64,000 bases of DNA from Actinomycetales bacterium (GCA_038213835.1 JBBQSN010000001.1:2160-66159); one strand, 5' to 3'. Numbered from the stretch's first letter, positions 18,143 through 28,315 are shown. Translations and numbers: made by a program. The notes: a model not told the origin generated them from the letters alone.

Positions 18143-19174
18143 ATGACCTCCAGCAACCCTCCTGACGTCCCGAAGGAGCGACCCGTCGACGTCACGGTCG
18201 CGACGCTCTCCCCGGACCTCGATCAGGACCCGGACGTCGACGGCGCGGCCCGGTACGGGGTCGTCGGCCAGGGCGTGCGCCGCACCTTCGACCTCGTCGT
18301 GGCCGTCGACCGGATGGACCTGCGGGTCCCGCCCGGCCGGGTCACCGCACTGGTCGGCCCCAACGGCTCGGGCAAGACCACGCTGATGCTGATGATGGCC
18401 GGGCTGCTGGCCCCCGACAGCGGACACCTCACCGTCGCCGGCGCCAACCCCGTCACCCAGTCCAGCGCCGCCCGCTCGGCCATCGGCTGGATGCCGGACG
18501 TCCTGGGTCAGTGGGAGACGCTGACCTGCCGCGAGGTCCTCACCACGTTCGCCGACGCCTACCGGATCCCCGCCGAGCAGGGCCGGGCGCGTGCCGCCGA
18601 GCTGCTGGGCGAGGTGCACCTCTCCGAGCTCGCCGACGCCCCCGCGCGGGTGCTGTCCCGCGGGCAGAAGCAGCGCCTCGGCCTGGCCCGCGCACTCGTC
18701 CACGACCCCCAGGTGCTGCTGCTCGACGAGCCGGCCTCCGGCCTGGACCCGCGCTCGCGGGTCGACCTGCGGATCCTGCTGCGGCGCCTGGCCGGCCAGG
18801 GCAAGGCGGTCCTGGTGTCCAGCCACGTGCTCTCCGAGCTCGACGACCTCGCCGACGGCGCGGTGTTCGTCTCCCGCGGCCGCACGGTCGACGCCCGCAC
18901 GATCGAGGCGATGACCCGGTCGATGCGCCGTTGGCAGCTCGTGGCGCTCGACCCCGAGCAGCTGCGCACCTGGCTGCGCGAGCACGGCGTCGCCGAGGTC
19001 GTCGACCCCACCGCCGCCCGTCCCGAGCACGTGCTGGTGGAGCTGCCGTCGTCCCAGGCCGCCGCCGCGCTGCTGCGCGACCTCGTCCGCGACGGCGTCC
19101 CGATGGTCTCCCAGGCACCCGCCGCCGGAGCGCTCGAACAGGTCTACCTCGGACTGGAGAGTGATCGTCGATGA
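18143..19174 (+). CDS. ABC transporter ATP-binding protein
   Basis: Carries Walker A (GPNGSGKTT), the signature motif (LSRGQKQRL) and Walker B (LLLDEPASGLD). Confidence 0.9.
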   Translation: MTSSNPPDVPKERPVDVTVATLSPDLDQDPDVDGAARYGVVGQGVRRTFDLVVAVDRMDLRVPPGRVTALVGPNGSGKTTLMLMMAGLLAPDSGHLTVAGANPVTQSSAARSAIGWMPDVLGQWETLTCREVLTTFADAYRIPAEQGRARAAELLGEVHLSELADAPARVLSRGQKQRLGLARALVHDPQVLLLDEPASGLDPRSRVDLRILLRRLAGQGKAVLVSSHVLSELDDLADGAVFVSRGRTVDARTIEAMTRSMRRWQLVALDPEQLRTWLREHGVAEVVDPTAARPEHVLVELPSSQAAAALLRDLVRDGVPMVSQAPAAGALEQVYLGLESDRR

Positions 19175-20268
19175 CGACGCAGACACCCGTCGCGGTGCCC
19201 CGCGCCGTCCGCGGCGCGTGGGCCCTGTCGTGGCAGGGCGTGCGCACCGTGATGCGGCTCGAGCTGCGTCAGCGGGTGCGCTCCAGCCGGTGGCAGCTGA
19301 TGCTCGGCCTGTTCTTCTTGACGATCGGGATCCTGTCCGGCCTGGTGATGGCCGTCTCGGGCTTCGACCAGGGCTCGGGGTCGTTCCTCTACGGGGCCGT
19401 GGCCTGGCTGGTGCTCACTCTCGGGCTGCTCGTCGCCCCCGCCCTCACCTCGACCAGCGTGAACGGCGACCGCGCCGCGGGGACGCTGGCGCCCCTGCAG
19501 ATGACGTTGCTGTCCCCCGCCGAGATCGCGATCGGCAAGCTGCTGGCGGGGTGGATCACGTCGTTGGCCTTCCTCGGCACCGCGATCCCGTTCCTGCTGC
19601 TCGCGATGATCCCCGGCGGCACGGGTGTCGGCCGGTTCCTGGTCACCACGCTGATGATGGCGCTGATGCTCCTGACCGTCTGCGCGATCGCGCTCGGGTG
19701 GTCGGCGCTGACGGCGCGGTCGGTCTCGTCCGCGGTGATGACGTACCTGACCACGGCGTTCCTGTGCATCGGCACCCTGATCCTGTTCGGGGTGTCCTAC
19801 CCGCTGGTGACCCAGGACGAGCAGGTGCGGGTGCTGGTGGACCCGCCGCTCGGGCCGGACTTCGACTACTCGACGCCGATCCCGGAGTCGGAGTGCATGG
19901 AGTCCACGAGCACCCGCTCTGTCGCGCACACGGAGGCGACCTGGTGGCTGCTGGCGGCCAACCCGTACGTGGTCGTCGCCGACGCCGCCCCCGGCGGTGA
20001 GGGCGAGGACGTCTTCGCGTTGATCAAGAGCGGGGTGCGATCGGCCCAGGCCGGTCCGGACGAGCCACTGAACGAGTGCTACGCGTCCCGCGACTTCTCG
20101 GACGCCTCCAACCCGCTCACCGGCGGCGAGCTCGAGGAAGGAGCCATCCCCGTGTGGCCGTTCGGGCTCGTCATCAACCTGGGCCTGGGTGCCCTCGGGG
20201 TCGGGGTGGCCGTCAGTCGGCTGTCGACCCCGGTGCGTCGGCTGCCGCGCGGGACCCGGATCGCCTGA
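19171..20268 (+). CDS. ABC-2 type transporter permease
   Basis: Its start overlaps the ATPase stop (ATGA at 19171-19174). It has multiple TM helices. Confidence 0.8.
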   Translation: MTTQTPVAVPRAVRGAWALSWQGVRTVMRLELRQRVRSSRWQLMLGLFFLTIGILSGLVMAVSGFDQGSGSFLYGAVAWLVLTLGLLVAPALTSTSVNGDRAAGTLAPLQMTLLSPAEIAIGKLLAGWITSLAFLGTAIPFLLLAMIPGGTGVGRFLVTTLMMALMLLTVCAIALGWSALTARSVSSAVMTYLTTAFLCIGTLILFGVSYPLVTQDEQVRVLVDPPLGPDFDYSTPIPESECMESTSTRSVAHTEATWWLLAANPYVVVADAAPGGEGEDVFALIKSGVRSAQAGPDEPLNECYASRDFSDASNPLTGGELEEGAIPVWPFGLVINLGLGALGVGVAVSRLSTPVRRLPRGTRIA

Positions 20269-20274
20269 GACCTG

Positions 20275-20289
20275 CCGGTCTCGGACCGG
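20275..20289. terminator. Short hairpin between convergent genes (possible bidirectional terminator)
   Basis: CCGGTC-TCG-GACCGG forms a 6-bp stem with a 3-nt loop in the 36-bp spacer between the stops at 20268 (+) and 20305 (-). There is no U-tract. Confidence 0.3.
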
Positions 20290-20304
20290 TGAACAGGTTC
20301 TCGA

Positions 20305-20916
20305 TCAGGTGTGCAGGGCCTCGAACTGCGCCTCGGCGACGACCTCGTCGTCGGCGTCCAGCCGCAGGTGGCCGAGCACGCTCAGCAGCACCCGCAGTGC
20401 GCTGGCAGCGCGGTCGCCCCACGCCGACAAGTAGGAGAACTGCCACCACCACAGCGCCTCGCTGGTGCGGCCCTGCTCGAAGTGGCGCAGCCCGTGCACG
20501 AGCGCGGCCGCCACCTCGGCGATGTCACCGGACAGGCTGCCGCGCGCGATCTCGAGGCTGGTGAGGGGGTCGACGACGTCGGCGTAGTCGTCCAGGCCCT
20601 CCAGGACGTTGGCCAGCCCGGAGCGCACGGCGTCGACGTCGTCGGCGTCCGGCCCGGTGTCCGGCTCGAACTTCTCGTCGGGCAGGACGTCCTGGATCGC
20701 GCCCAGCCGCGCACCCGTGGTGAGGACCTGACTCAGGGCCAGCAGCAGGACGGGCAGCGCCGACTCGGGCTGGTTGCCGGCCGCGACCTCGGTGACGGCG
20801 TCGAGGTACCCGGTGGCCTCGCGGGCGGTGTCGGCCGCGAGGGCCTCCAGGACCGCTGCGTCGACCTGGGACGCCTGTTTTGCGCTGGTCTGGGTGCCGG
20901 GCTCGGTGTCGGTCAT
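20305..20916 (-). CDS. Acidic conserved hypothetical protein (DUF5063-like)
   Basis: ATG 20916 is preceded by GGGGGAG with a 6-nt spacer. The gene sits next to recR, as I recall for DUF5063 genes in actinobacteria. The track ORF is over-extended to 21402. Confidence 0.72.
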   Translation of the reverse strand: MTDTEPGTQTSAKQASQVDAAVLEALAADTAREATGYLDAVTEVAAGNQPESALPVLLLALSQVLTTGARLGAIQDVLPDEKFEPDTGPDADDVDAVRSGLANVLEGLDDYADVVDPLTSLEIARGSLSGDIAEVAAALVHGLRHFEQGRTSEALWWWQFSYLSAWGDRAASALRVLLSVLGHLRLDADDEVVAEAQFEALHT

Positions 20917-21002
20917 CGGTGTCTCCCCCTTGCTGGTCGGTGCGCTGTGCTGGTGACGGGTTCGGAGCAGGCGTCGCGGTCGCCGGGTCGACCGGGTCGG
21001 GG

Positions 21003-21602
21003 TCAGGCGTCGAGGAGCCGGCGCCCCTCGAAGGCGCGACCGAGGGTGACCTCGTCGGCGTACTCGAGGTCGCCACCCACCGGCAGGCCGGAGGCGAGCC
21101 GGGTGACGCGCAGCCCCATCGGCCGCAGCATGCGCGCCAGGAAGGCGGCGGTGGCCTCGCCCTCGAGGTTCGGGTCGGTGGCGATGATGACCTCGGTGAT
21201 CGCGCCGTCGGCCAGCCGCACCATCAGCTCGCGGATGCGCAGGTCGTCCGGGCCGACGCCGTCGATCGGGCTGATCGCCCCGCCGAGCACGTGGTACCGA
21301 CCGCGGAACTCCCGGGTGCGCTCGATCGCCACGACGTCCTTGGACTCCTCGACCACGCACACCTGGGTGACGTCGCGCCGGGGGTCGCGGCAGATCCGGC
21401 ACTGCTCCTGCTCGGCGACGTTGCCGCAGGTGGTGCAGAACCGGACCCGGGCCTTGACCTCGGTGAGGGCGGTGACGAGCCGCTGGACGTCGACGGGGTC
21501 CTCGGCGAGGAGGTGGAACGCGATCCGTTGCGCGCTCTTGGGACCGACGCCCGGCAACCTGCCGAGCTCGTCGATCAGCTCCTGGACCGCACCCTCGTAC
21601 AC
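21003..21602 (-). CDS. recR: Recombination protein RecR
   Basis: Has the helix-hairpin-helix motif ([17 protein letters not shown]), a C4 zinc finger (CTTCGN...CRIC) and a Toprim domain. Confidence 0.95.
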   Translation of the reverse strand: MYEGAVQELIDELGRLPGVGPKSAQRIAFHLLAEDPVDVQRLVTALTEVKARVRFCTTCGNVAEQEQCRICRDPRRDVTQVCVVEESKDVVAIERTREFRGRYHVLGGAISPIDGVGPDDLRIRELMVRLADGAITEVIIATDPNLEGEATAAFLARMLRPMGLRVTRLASGLPVGGDLEYADEVTLGRAFEGRRLLDA

Positions 21603-21663
21603 GCTGCCACCGTAGCCCCGTCGGCCGGAGCCCGCTCCACGGCCGGTGACGACCCGCCGGGGG

Positions 21664-23751
21664 TCATCGTGCGCCGTGCTCGACGTCGATCACCTGACCG
21701 CCGAGCAGCTGCTCGACCACGGAGGTGCCCGCCGGCCCGTGGTCCTCGAGGTCGGGGTCGTCGGGGCGTGGCGTGTCGGGCTCGACGGCGCCGCGGGGCG
21801 TCTGCGCCTGCGCCATCTGCTCGGCGCGCGAGCGCCGGGCGGGTGCCGTCGGTGCGGCGCCGGGGCCTTCGGCCGTCGGGGGTGGCGCGGTGGTGGGGTC
21901 GAACCAGTCCGGCGGCTCGGCGGGGGGCGTCGGCGCGGCGCCCGGCCACGGGCTGCCGTCGACGGCTCGTAGCGGTGCCGACGACGGGGATGAGCCGGCG
22001 ACGGCCTCGACCCGGACCGCGACGCCGAGCAGCTGCTCGACCGCCGCCGCCACGACCTCGGCGTGCTGGCCGTTGCCGAAGCCGCGAGCCGTGCCCTGGT
22101 TCGAGAACGCCAGCCGCAGCACCCCACCGGCGAGGTCGTGCACCTGGGCGTTCGCGCTGATGATCATCCAGGTCGAGCGCTTCATGCCCTGCACCTGGTG
22201 CAGGAGGTCGGGCCACATCCGCCGCATCGCCTCGGTGTCGAGCGCGCCGGGGGCGGGGTCTGCGGTCGCGACGGGCTGCTCCGGCGCGGTGTCCGTGCTC
22301 GCGGGCTCGGCGGGAGCGGGCTCGGGGGCGGGGCCGGCCGGGCTCGGCTGCTGGCCGGTGGCGACGTCGGGAGGCCACGGCGTGGACGCGGGGGCAGCCG
22401 CGGCGGGTCCCGGCGCCGCCGACGGGCCGGGCTCGGACGGGCCGGGCTCGGACGGGCCGGTGGCCGCCGGCTGGGCGGTCGGCAGCGCGGTCTGCAGCGC
22501 GGTCTGCGGGGCGGTCCGCGGGGCGGTCTGCGGGGCGGTCTGCAGCCTGGCGGCCGAGCCGGCGCCGAGGCGGCGCTCGATCCGCTCGAGCCGTGGGCCG
22601 AGGCCGCGCTCGCCGGGGTCGACGGCAGGGAGCAGCAGGCGGGCGCAGAGCAGCTCGAGGTGCATCCGCGGGCTGGAGGCGCCGACCATCTCGCCGAGGG
22701 CGGTGTTCACGACGTCGGCCGCACGGGACAGCTCGGCCTGACCGAGGTAGCTGCTCTGGGTCTGCATCCGCTCCAGCTGGTCCTTGGGGACCGCACGCAG
22801 GACGCCGGCGGCGGAGTCCCCCATCGCCTGCAGCACGATGAGGTCGCGGAGCCGCTCGAGGAGGTCCTCGGCGAAGCGGCGGGGGTCGTGGCCGGACTGG
22901 ATCACGCGGTCGACGATCCCGAACAGGGCGGCACCGTCGACCTGGCCGAGCGCGCCGACCACCTCGTCGAGCAGGGCGCTGTCGGTGTAGCCGAGCAGGG
23001 CCACGGCGAGCGGGTAGTCCACCCCCTGGGGGCCGGCGCCCGCCATCAGCTGGTCGAGCACCGAGAGCGAGTCGCGCACCGAACCGGCACCGGCGCGGAC
23101 CACGAGCGGGATCACCCCCTTGCCGACGTGGACGCCCTCGGCCGCGCAGAGCTGCTCGAGGTAGGCCGACAGGGTCTGCGGCGGCACCAGCCGGAACGAG
23201 TAGTGGTGGGTGCGCGAGCGGATGGTCTGGAGCACCTTGTCCGGCTCGGTGGTGGCGAACACGAAGCAGACGTACTCGGGCGGCTCCTCCACCAGCTTGA
23301 GCAGCGCGTTGAAGCCGGCGGTCGTGACCATGTGGGCCTCGTCGATGACGTAGACCTTGTAGCGGTCGCGTGCCGGGCCGATGGTGGCGCGCTCGCGCAG
23401 CTCGCGGGCGTCGTCGACGCCGCCGTGGCTGGCGGCGTCGATCTCCACGACATCGAGGCTGCCGGCGGCGCCGCGCGCGAGGTCGGTGCACGAGGGGCAG
23501 ACACCGCAGGGGGTGGCCGTCGGCCCCTGCTCGCAGTTCAGGCAGCGGGACAGGATGCGGGCCGAGGTGGTCTTGCCGCACCCGCGCGGACCCGAGAACA
23601 GGTAGGCGTGGTTCACCTTGCCCGCGGTCAGCGCCGCGATGAGCGGAGCGGTGACGTGCTCCTGGCCGATGACGTCGGCGAAGGACTCGGGTCGGTAGCG
23701 GCGGTACAGGGCCTGCGTCACGGCACCGACACTAACCTCCGGGACCGTCAC
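21664..23751 (-). CDS. dnaX: DNA polymerase III subunit gamma/tau
   Basis: Contains YRRYRP, Walker A (GPRGCGKTT), a Zn module (CNCEQG...CGVCPSC) and the DEAH box (VIDEAHMV). The C-terminus is low-complexity and Pro/Ala-rich. An alternative GTG start lies at 23721. Confidence 0.93.
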   Translation of the reverse strand: MTVPEVSVGAVTQALYRRYRPESFADVIGQEHVTAPLIAALTAGKVNHAYLFSGPRGCGKTTSARILSRCLNCEQGPTATPCGVCPSCTDLARGAAGSLDVVEIDAASHGGVDDARELRERATIGPARDRYKVYVIDEAHMVTTAGFNALLKLVEEPPEYVCFVFATTEPDKVLQTIRSRTHHYSFRLVPPQTLSAYLEQLCAAEGVHVGKGVIPLVVRAGAGSVRDSLSVLDQLMAGAGPQGVDYPLAVALLGYTDSALLDEVVGALGQVDGAALFGIVDRVIQSGHDPRRFAEDLLERLRDLIVLQAMGDSAAGVLRAVPKDQLERMQTQSSYLGQAELSRAADVVNTALGEMVGASSPRMHLELLCARLLLPAVDPGERGLGPRLERIERRLGAGSAARLQTAPQTAPRTAPQTALQTALPTAQPAATGPSEPGPSEPGPSAAPGPAAAAPASTPWPPDVATGQQPSPAGPAPEPAPAEPASTDTAPEQPVATADPAPGALDTEAMRRMWPDLLHQVQGMKRSTWMIISANAQVHDLAGGVLRLAFSNQGTARGFGNGQHAEVVAAAVEQLLGVAVRVEAVAGSSPSSAPLRAVDGSPWPGAAPTPPAEPPDWFDPTTAPPPTAEGPGAAPTAPARRSRAEQMAQAQTPRGAVEPDTPRPDDPDLEDHGPAGTSVVEQLLGGQVIDVEHGAR
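22421..22546. repeat. Short tandem repeats inside the dnaX linker region
   Basis: A 15-nt unit gacgggccgggctcg occurs about 2.7 times (22421-22460). A 12-nt unit gcggtc(t/c)gc(a/g)g(c/g) occurs 5 times (22487-22546). These encode [10 protein letters not shown] and TAPQ/TALQ repeats. Confidence 0.85.
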
Positions 23752-23767
23752 CCCGGCAGGCCCTGCG

Positions 23768-24508
23768 TCAGCCCGCCGTCCCGTCGTCGAGCATCCGGCT
23801 CATCGCCCGCTGCGCCTCGGCGAGGATCGCCTCCATCGCCGCACGGGCCCGGACGCCGTCCCCCACGGCGACGGCGTCGGCGACCTCCCCGTGCAGCCGG
23901 ATCGCCTCCGGCTCGGGGTGGTGCGGCATCAGGTGGTGGTGGGTGCGGCCGGCGAGCACCTCGACGACCACCGGCGCCAGGGCGAGCAGCATCTCGTTGC
24001 CGGCGGCGCGCAGCAGCGTGGTGTGGAAGTCGACGTCGTGGGTGAGGTAGGCCTCGAGGTCTCCGCGGGCACCCGTGCGCCGCATCCCCGTCACCGCGGT
24101 CGCGAGCGCGCGGCAGTCGGCGTCGTCGGCCCGTGCCGCCGCGAGCGCGGCGGCCTCGGGCTCGAACCCGCGCCGCAGCTCGCTGAGGCTGCGCAGCTGG
24201 TCGGCCCGGCCCGGCCCGGCGAGGCGCCAGCGGATGACCTCCGGGTCGAGGACGTGCCAGTCGGAGGCGGGCCGGACGACGACGCCGACGCGGCGACGGG
24301 ACCGCACCAGGCCTCGGGCCGCCAGGGTGCGCACCACCTCGCGGACGACGGTGCGGGACATGCCGTACCGGGTCTCGAGGGTCTCCATCGCCAGGGCGCG
24401 ACCCTGCGGCCAGCGGCCCGCGACGATGTCGGCTCCCAGCTCCTCCGCGAGGCGGGCGTGCAGCAGCAGGGGGGTCCCCCCGCCGTCAGGCTGCTCCGGG
24501 TCCGTCAC
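23768..24508 (-). CDS. GntR/FadR family transcriptional regulator (FCD domain)
   Basis: Has a winged HTH (ETLETRYGMSRTVVREVVRTLAARGLV) and an FCD-like helical C-terminus. It is divergent from gntP-gntK. GTG 24508 was chosen; the track start is 24583. Confidence 0.85.
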   Translation of the reverse strand: MTDPEQPDGGGTPLLLHARLAEELGADIVAGRWPQGRALAMETLETRYGMSRTVVREVVRTLAARGLVRSRRRVGVVVRPASDWHVLDPEVIRWRLAGPGRADQLRSLSELRRGFEPEAAALAAARADDADCRALATAVTGMRRTGARGDLEAYLTHDVDFHTTLLRAAGNEMLLALAPVVVEVLAGRTHHHLMPHHPEPEAIRLHGEVADAVAVGDGVRARAAMEAILAEAQRAMSRMLDDGTAG

Positions 24509-24566
24509 GCCGACATCCTGCCGCCCCGCCGCACCGACGCCAAGAGGGCATCTGCGCACCGCCAAA

Positions 24567-24580
24567 CCCTTTACAAAGGG
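24567..24580. promoter_or_regulatory. Palindrome in the gntR/gntP divergent region (candidate operator)
   Basis: CCCTTT-AC-AAAGGG has perfect 6-bp arms. It lies in the only A/T-rich patch of the 139-bp intergenic region. Confidence 0.4.
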
Positions 24581-24647
24581 CATACGTTTCGAGAAGGTGT
24601 CCTCCGATGCGTCCCGCCGTGGTGACGCGCTCGTCGGAGGAGATGCC

Positions 24648-26096
24648 GTGGACGCCGTCGACCCCGCCTACGGGACCGTCACCCTGCTGCTCATCGCGCT
24701 CGGCGCGGTGCTCGTGCTGCTGACGCTGATCCTGAGATTCAAGCTGCACGCCTTCGTGGCCCTCGTGCTGGTGAGCCTGGCCACCGCGCTGGCCACCAAG
24801 ATCCCGTTCGCCGACGTCGTGCCCACGTTGCTGGGCGGCTTCGGCAGCACCCTGGCCGCCGTGGCCCTGCTCGTCGGGTTCGGGGCGATGATCGGACGTC
24901 TGCTCGAGATCACCGGCGGCGCCCAGGTGCTCGCCGACACCCTGATCAACCGATTCGGCCCGGAGCGGGCCCCGCTCGCGCTCGGCATCGCCTCCCTGCT
25001 CTTCGGCTTCCCGATCTTCTTCGACGCCGGCCTGGTCGTGATGCTGCCGATCATCTTCAGCGTCGCCCGCCGGTTCGGCGGCTCGGTCCTGACCTACGCC
25101 CTGCCGGCCGCGGGCGCGTTCGCGGTCATGCACGCGTTCGTCCCGCCGCACCCCGGACCGGTCGCAGCGGGCGCGCTGCTCGGCGCCGACATCGGCCTGC
25201 TCGTGATCGTCGGTCTCGTGCTGGCCCTGCCGACCTGGTACATCGGCGCCTACCTGTTCGGCACCTGGACCGGCCGACGGTTCGAGCTGCCGGTGCCGGC
25301 CTCGCTCGGCGACGCGCCGGGCGCGAGCACGACGCCCGACGGCAGCTCGGGCTCCGGCAGCGGGCTCGCGCTGGACAAGCGCACCGAGCAGGAGACGGTC
25401 ACCCCCGCCCCCCCGACCTTCGGCACGGTGCTGGTGGTGCTGCTGCTCCCGCTCGTGCTGATCTTCCTCAACACCGGGATCTCGACGCTGGCGACGGCAG
25501 GGTCCGTCGACGCCGAGGCCACCTGGGTCAACGCGCTGAAGATGATCGGCCAGACCCCGGTCGCCCTGCTCATCACCCTGCTGTTCGCGATGGTGGTGCT
25601 CGGGCGGGGCCGCTACGACAAGTCGGGGATCGAGCAGATCGTCAACGGCGCCCTCGGGCCGGTCTGCGCGATCATCCTCATCACCGGCGCCGGCGGCATG
25701 TTCGGCGGGGTCCTGCGGGCCAGCGGCATCGGCGAGGCGCTCGCCGGCAGCCTGGAGTCCACCGGCCTGCCCGTCATCTTCGCCGCCTTCGTGGTCGCCA
25801 CCGCGCTGCGGGTCGCCCAGGGCTCGGCCACCGTCGCCCTCACCACGACCGCCGGGCTGATCGCCCCGACCGTCGAGGCCACCAGCGGCCTGTCGGCGCT
25901 GGACCTGTGCTTCATCGTGATCGCGATCGCCTGCGGCTCGACCGTGCTGTCGCACGTCAACGACTCCGGCTTCTGGCTGGTCGGCCGGTTCCTCGAGATG
26001 GACGAGAAGACGACCCTGAAGACGTGGACGGTGATGGAGACCCTGCTCGGCACCGTCGGCTTCGTGCTGGCTCTCGTCGGCAGCCTGCTGCTGTGA
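24648..26096 (+). CDS. gntP: GntP family gluconate:H+ symporter
   Basis: A polytopic membrane protein with typical GntP segments (FGFPIFFDAGLVVMLPI, ITGAGGMFG, SHVNDSGFW). GTG 24648 is preceded by GGAGGAG. The track ORF is over-extended from 24075. Confidence 0.9.
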   Translation: MDAVDPAYGTVTLLLIALGAVLVLLTLILRFKLHAFVALVLVSLATALATKIPFADVVPTLLGGFGSTLAAVALLVGFGAMIGRLLEITGGAQVLADTLINRFGPERAPLALGIASLLFGFPIFFDAGLVVMLPIIFSVARRFGGSVLTYALPAAGAFAVMHAFVPPHPGPVAAGALLGADIGLLVIVGLVLALPTWYIGAYLFGTWTGRRFELPVPASLGDAPGASTTPDGSSGSGSGLALDKRTEQETVTPAPPTFGTVLVVLLLPLVLIFLNTGISTLATAGSVDAEATWVNALKMIGQTPVALLITLLFAMVVLGRGRYDKSGIEQIVNGALGPVCAIILITGAGGMFGGVLRASGIGEALAGSLESTGLPVIFAAFVVATALRVAQGSATVALTTTAGLIAPTVEATSGLSALDLCFIVIAIACGSTVLSHVNDSGFWLVGRFLEMDEKTTLKTWTVMETLLGTVGFVLALVGSLLL

Positions 26097-26632
26097 ACGC
26101 GGTCGCGGCGCAGGACGGAAGCACCGTGCACGTGGTCGTGATGGGCGTCTCGGGGTGCGGGAAGACGACCGTGGCCGAGGGCCTGGCCGAGGTCATGGGG
26201 TGGCGGTTCGCCGAGGGCGACGCCTACCACCCCCGCGCCAACATCGACAAGATGGCCTCGGGGTCACCGCTGACCGACGAGGACCGGGTGCCGTGGCTGC
26301 GACGGCTGGCGTCCTGGATCGGCGAGCAGGAGGTCGCAGGCCGTTCGTCGGTGTTGTCCTGCTCGGCGCTCAAGCGCTCCTACCGCGACGTCCTGCGCTC
26401 GGGCGCACCTGACGTGCGGTTCGTCCACGTGCACGGGAAGCGCTCCGTGCTGGAGGAGCGGCTGAGCGCCCGCCCGGGGCACTTCTTCCCGGCCCGGCTG
26501 CTGGACACCCAGCTGGAGACGCTGGAGGCTTTGGACGCCGACGAGGCCGGCGTCGTCGTCGACATCGACCTCCTCCCCCAGGAGCAGGTCGCGGCGGCGA
26601 TGTCCGGGCTCGGGCTGGACGACCCGCGTTAG
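26093..26632 (+). CDS. gntK: Gluconokinase
   Basis: Has a P-loop (MGVSGCGKTTVA) and the GntK/IdnK pattern (FAEGDAYHP...NIDKM). GTG 26093 overlaps the gntP TGA (GTGA). Internal GTG/ATG alternatives lie near 26130-26145. Confidence 0.87.
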   Translation: MNAVAAQDGSTVHVVVMGVSGCGKTTVAEGLAEVMGWRFAEGDAYHPRANIDKMASGSPLTDEDRVPWLRRLASWIGEQEVAGRSSVLSCSALKRSYRDVLRSGAPDVRFVHVHGKRSVLEERLSARPGHFFPARLLDTQLETLEALDADEAGVVVDIDLLPQEQVAAAMSGLGLDDPR

Positions 26633-28056
26633 AGCTTCTTCTCCCGCCACGGCCGCTCGAACGGCAGCCGCCAGGGCCACGGCGCGACCAGCTGGTGGAT
26701 CTGGTTCGGTCCCCAGCTGCCCGGCTTGTACGGACGCGGCAGCGGCGGCTGCTCGAGCAGCGGCTGAGAGATCTCCCAGAGCCGCTCGATTCCCTCGGCC
26801 GAGGTGAACAGCGTGCGGTCGCCGCGTGCCGCGTCGTGGATGAGCCGCTCGTAGGCCTCCAGCACAGCGCCCGCCCAGTGGGTCTCCTGCACCGAGAACT
26901 GCATGCTCAGCTTGTCCAGGCGCATACCCGGCCCGGGGCGCTTGCCATAGAACGACAACGACATCCGCGACTTGTCGGCGAGGTCGAAGGTCAGGTGGTC
27001 AGGCCCGTGGTCGCCGACGCCGGAGCCGGGCGGGAACATGGACAGCGGCGGCTCCTTGAAAGCGATCGAGATGACGCGGGCGCCCTCGGCGAGCTGCTTG
27101 CCCGTCCGCAGGAAGAAGGGGACACCGGCCCAGCGCCAGTTGTCGACGTAGCACTTCAGCGCGATGAAGGTCTCGGTGTCGGACTCGTGACTCACCCCGG
27201 GGATGTCCTTGTACCCGTCGAACTGACCGCGCACCACGTTGGCCGGCAGGATCGGCAGCATCGACCGGAAGACCTTGTTCTTCTCCTCGCTGATCGCCCG
27301 CGGCTCCAGGGCCGTCGGCGGCTCCATCGCGGTGAAGGCGAGCACCTGGAACAGGTGCGTGACCACCATGTCGCGGTAGGCACCGGTGGCCTCGTAGAAG
27401 TCGGCGCGCGTCTCCAGCCCGAGCGTCTCGGGCACGTCGATCTGGACGTGGTCGATGTGGTTGCGGTGCCAGATGGGCTCGAACAACCCGTTCGCGAACC
27501 GGAACGCGAGGATGTTCTGCGCCGCCTCCTTGCCGAGGAAGTGGTCGATCCGGAAGATCTGCTCCTCGTCGAACACCTCGTGCAACCGGGCGTTCAGGGT
27601 GCGCGCGCTGGCCAGGTCGGTGCCGAAGGGCTTCTCCATGATGATCCGGCTGCGCTGGACCAGGTCGGCCTCCGCCAGCTGGGCCACCACCGCGAGCGCG
27701 GCCTTGGGCGGGACGCTCAGGTAGTGCAGCCGGCGGGCTCCCTCGTCCAGCTCGACCTCGGCGCGGGCCACCGCCTCGCGCAGCCCCTGCGGCCCGGCCG
27801 CGGCCGGCACCCACTGGGTGCGCTTCGCGAGCTGGCGCAGGTCCTCCTCGGTGACGACGTGGCTGCTGTGCTCGCGGATCGCGTTCGCCGCGAGGTCGAG
27901 GAACTCCTCGGAGGTCAGCTCCTCCAACGAGGTCGCGACCACGCGCAGGTCGTCCATCAGCCCGCTCTGCAGCAGGTGCATCAGGCCCGGCAGCAGCTTG
28001 CGCTTGGACAGGTCGCCCGTGGCACCGAAGAGCACGACGGTCGTGGCAGCGGTCAT
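26629..28056 (-). CDS. zwf: Glucose-6-phosphate dehydrogenase
   Basis: Contains GATGDLSKRKL and RIDHFLGKE. ATG 28056 was chosen. Its stop overlaps the gntK stop on the opposite strand (TTAG at 26629-26632). Confidence 0.92.
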   Translation of the reverse strand: MTAATTVVLFGATGDLSKRKLLPGLMHLLQSGLMDDLRVVATSLEELTSEEFLDLAANAIREHSSHVVTEEDLRQLAKRTQWVPAAAGPQGLREAVARAEVELDEGARRLHYLSVPPKAALAVVAQLAEADLVQRSRIIMEKPFGTDLASARTLNARLHEVFDEEQIFRIDHFLGKEAAQNILAFRFANGLFEPIWHRNHIDHVQIDVPETLGLETRADFYEATGAYRDMVVTHLFQVLAFTAMEPPTALEPRAISEEKNKVFRSMLPILPANVVRGQFDGYKDIPGVSHESDTETFIALKCYVDNWRWAGVPFFLRTGKQLAEGARVISIAFKEPPLSMFPPGSGVGDHGPDHLTFDLADKSRMSLSFYGKRPGPGMRLDKLSMQFSVQETHWAGAVLEAYERLIHDAARGDRTLFTSAEGIERLWEISQPLLEQPPLPRPYKPGSWGPNQIHQLVAPWPWRLPFERPWREKKL

Positions 28057-28315
28057 GTCGCCAGCCTGGCCCGGCCCCGCCGAGTTGTCACCACGAGAGC
28101 CGCAGATCGGTCGGTCTCCTGCCAGGAGGGCGCTCCGGACGGCAGCCCCGAGGGCATGGAAGGACCCCCCGTGCACCCGACAGAGCCTGCCTACCCTTGC
28201 TGCCTTCCGGCCCTGGGGGAGTTCGGCGGGGTGACGCCGCACGAGGGGTCTGGAGGGGAGTCTACAAGCGCTCGCCGGTGCGGAGCACCCCGTCCCCTCT
28301 AGTACCCTCGGCGAC

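Noticed and set aside
21603-21663. Absence of a ybaB/ebfC nucleoid-protein gene between dnaX and recR, and of an SRP RNA (ffs) upstream of dnaX.
   Set aside because: The gaps (61 bp and 16 bp) are simply too small to hold either gene. This arrangement varies among actinobacteria, so without a genome-wide search it is not evidence of anything unusual.
22421-22546. Short direct repeats considered as a possible CRISPR-like array; the same question was asked of 54665-54718 and 62609-62638.
   Set aside because: The units are 12-18 nt long and contiguous, with no spacers. Two of the three sets lie inside coding sequence. No cas genes are present.
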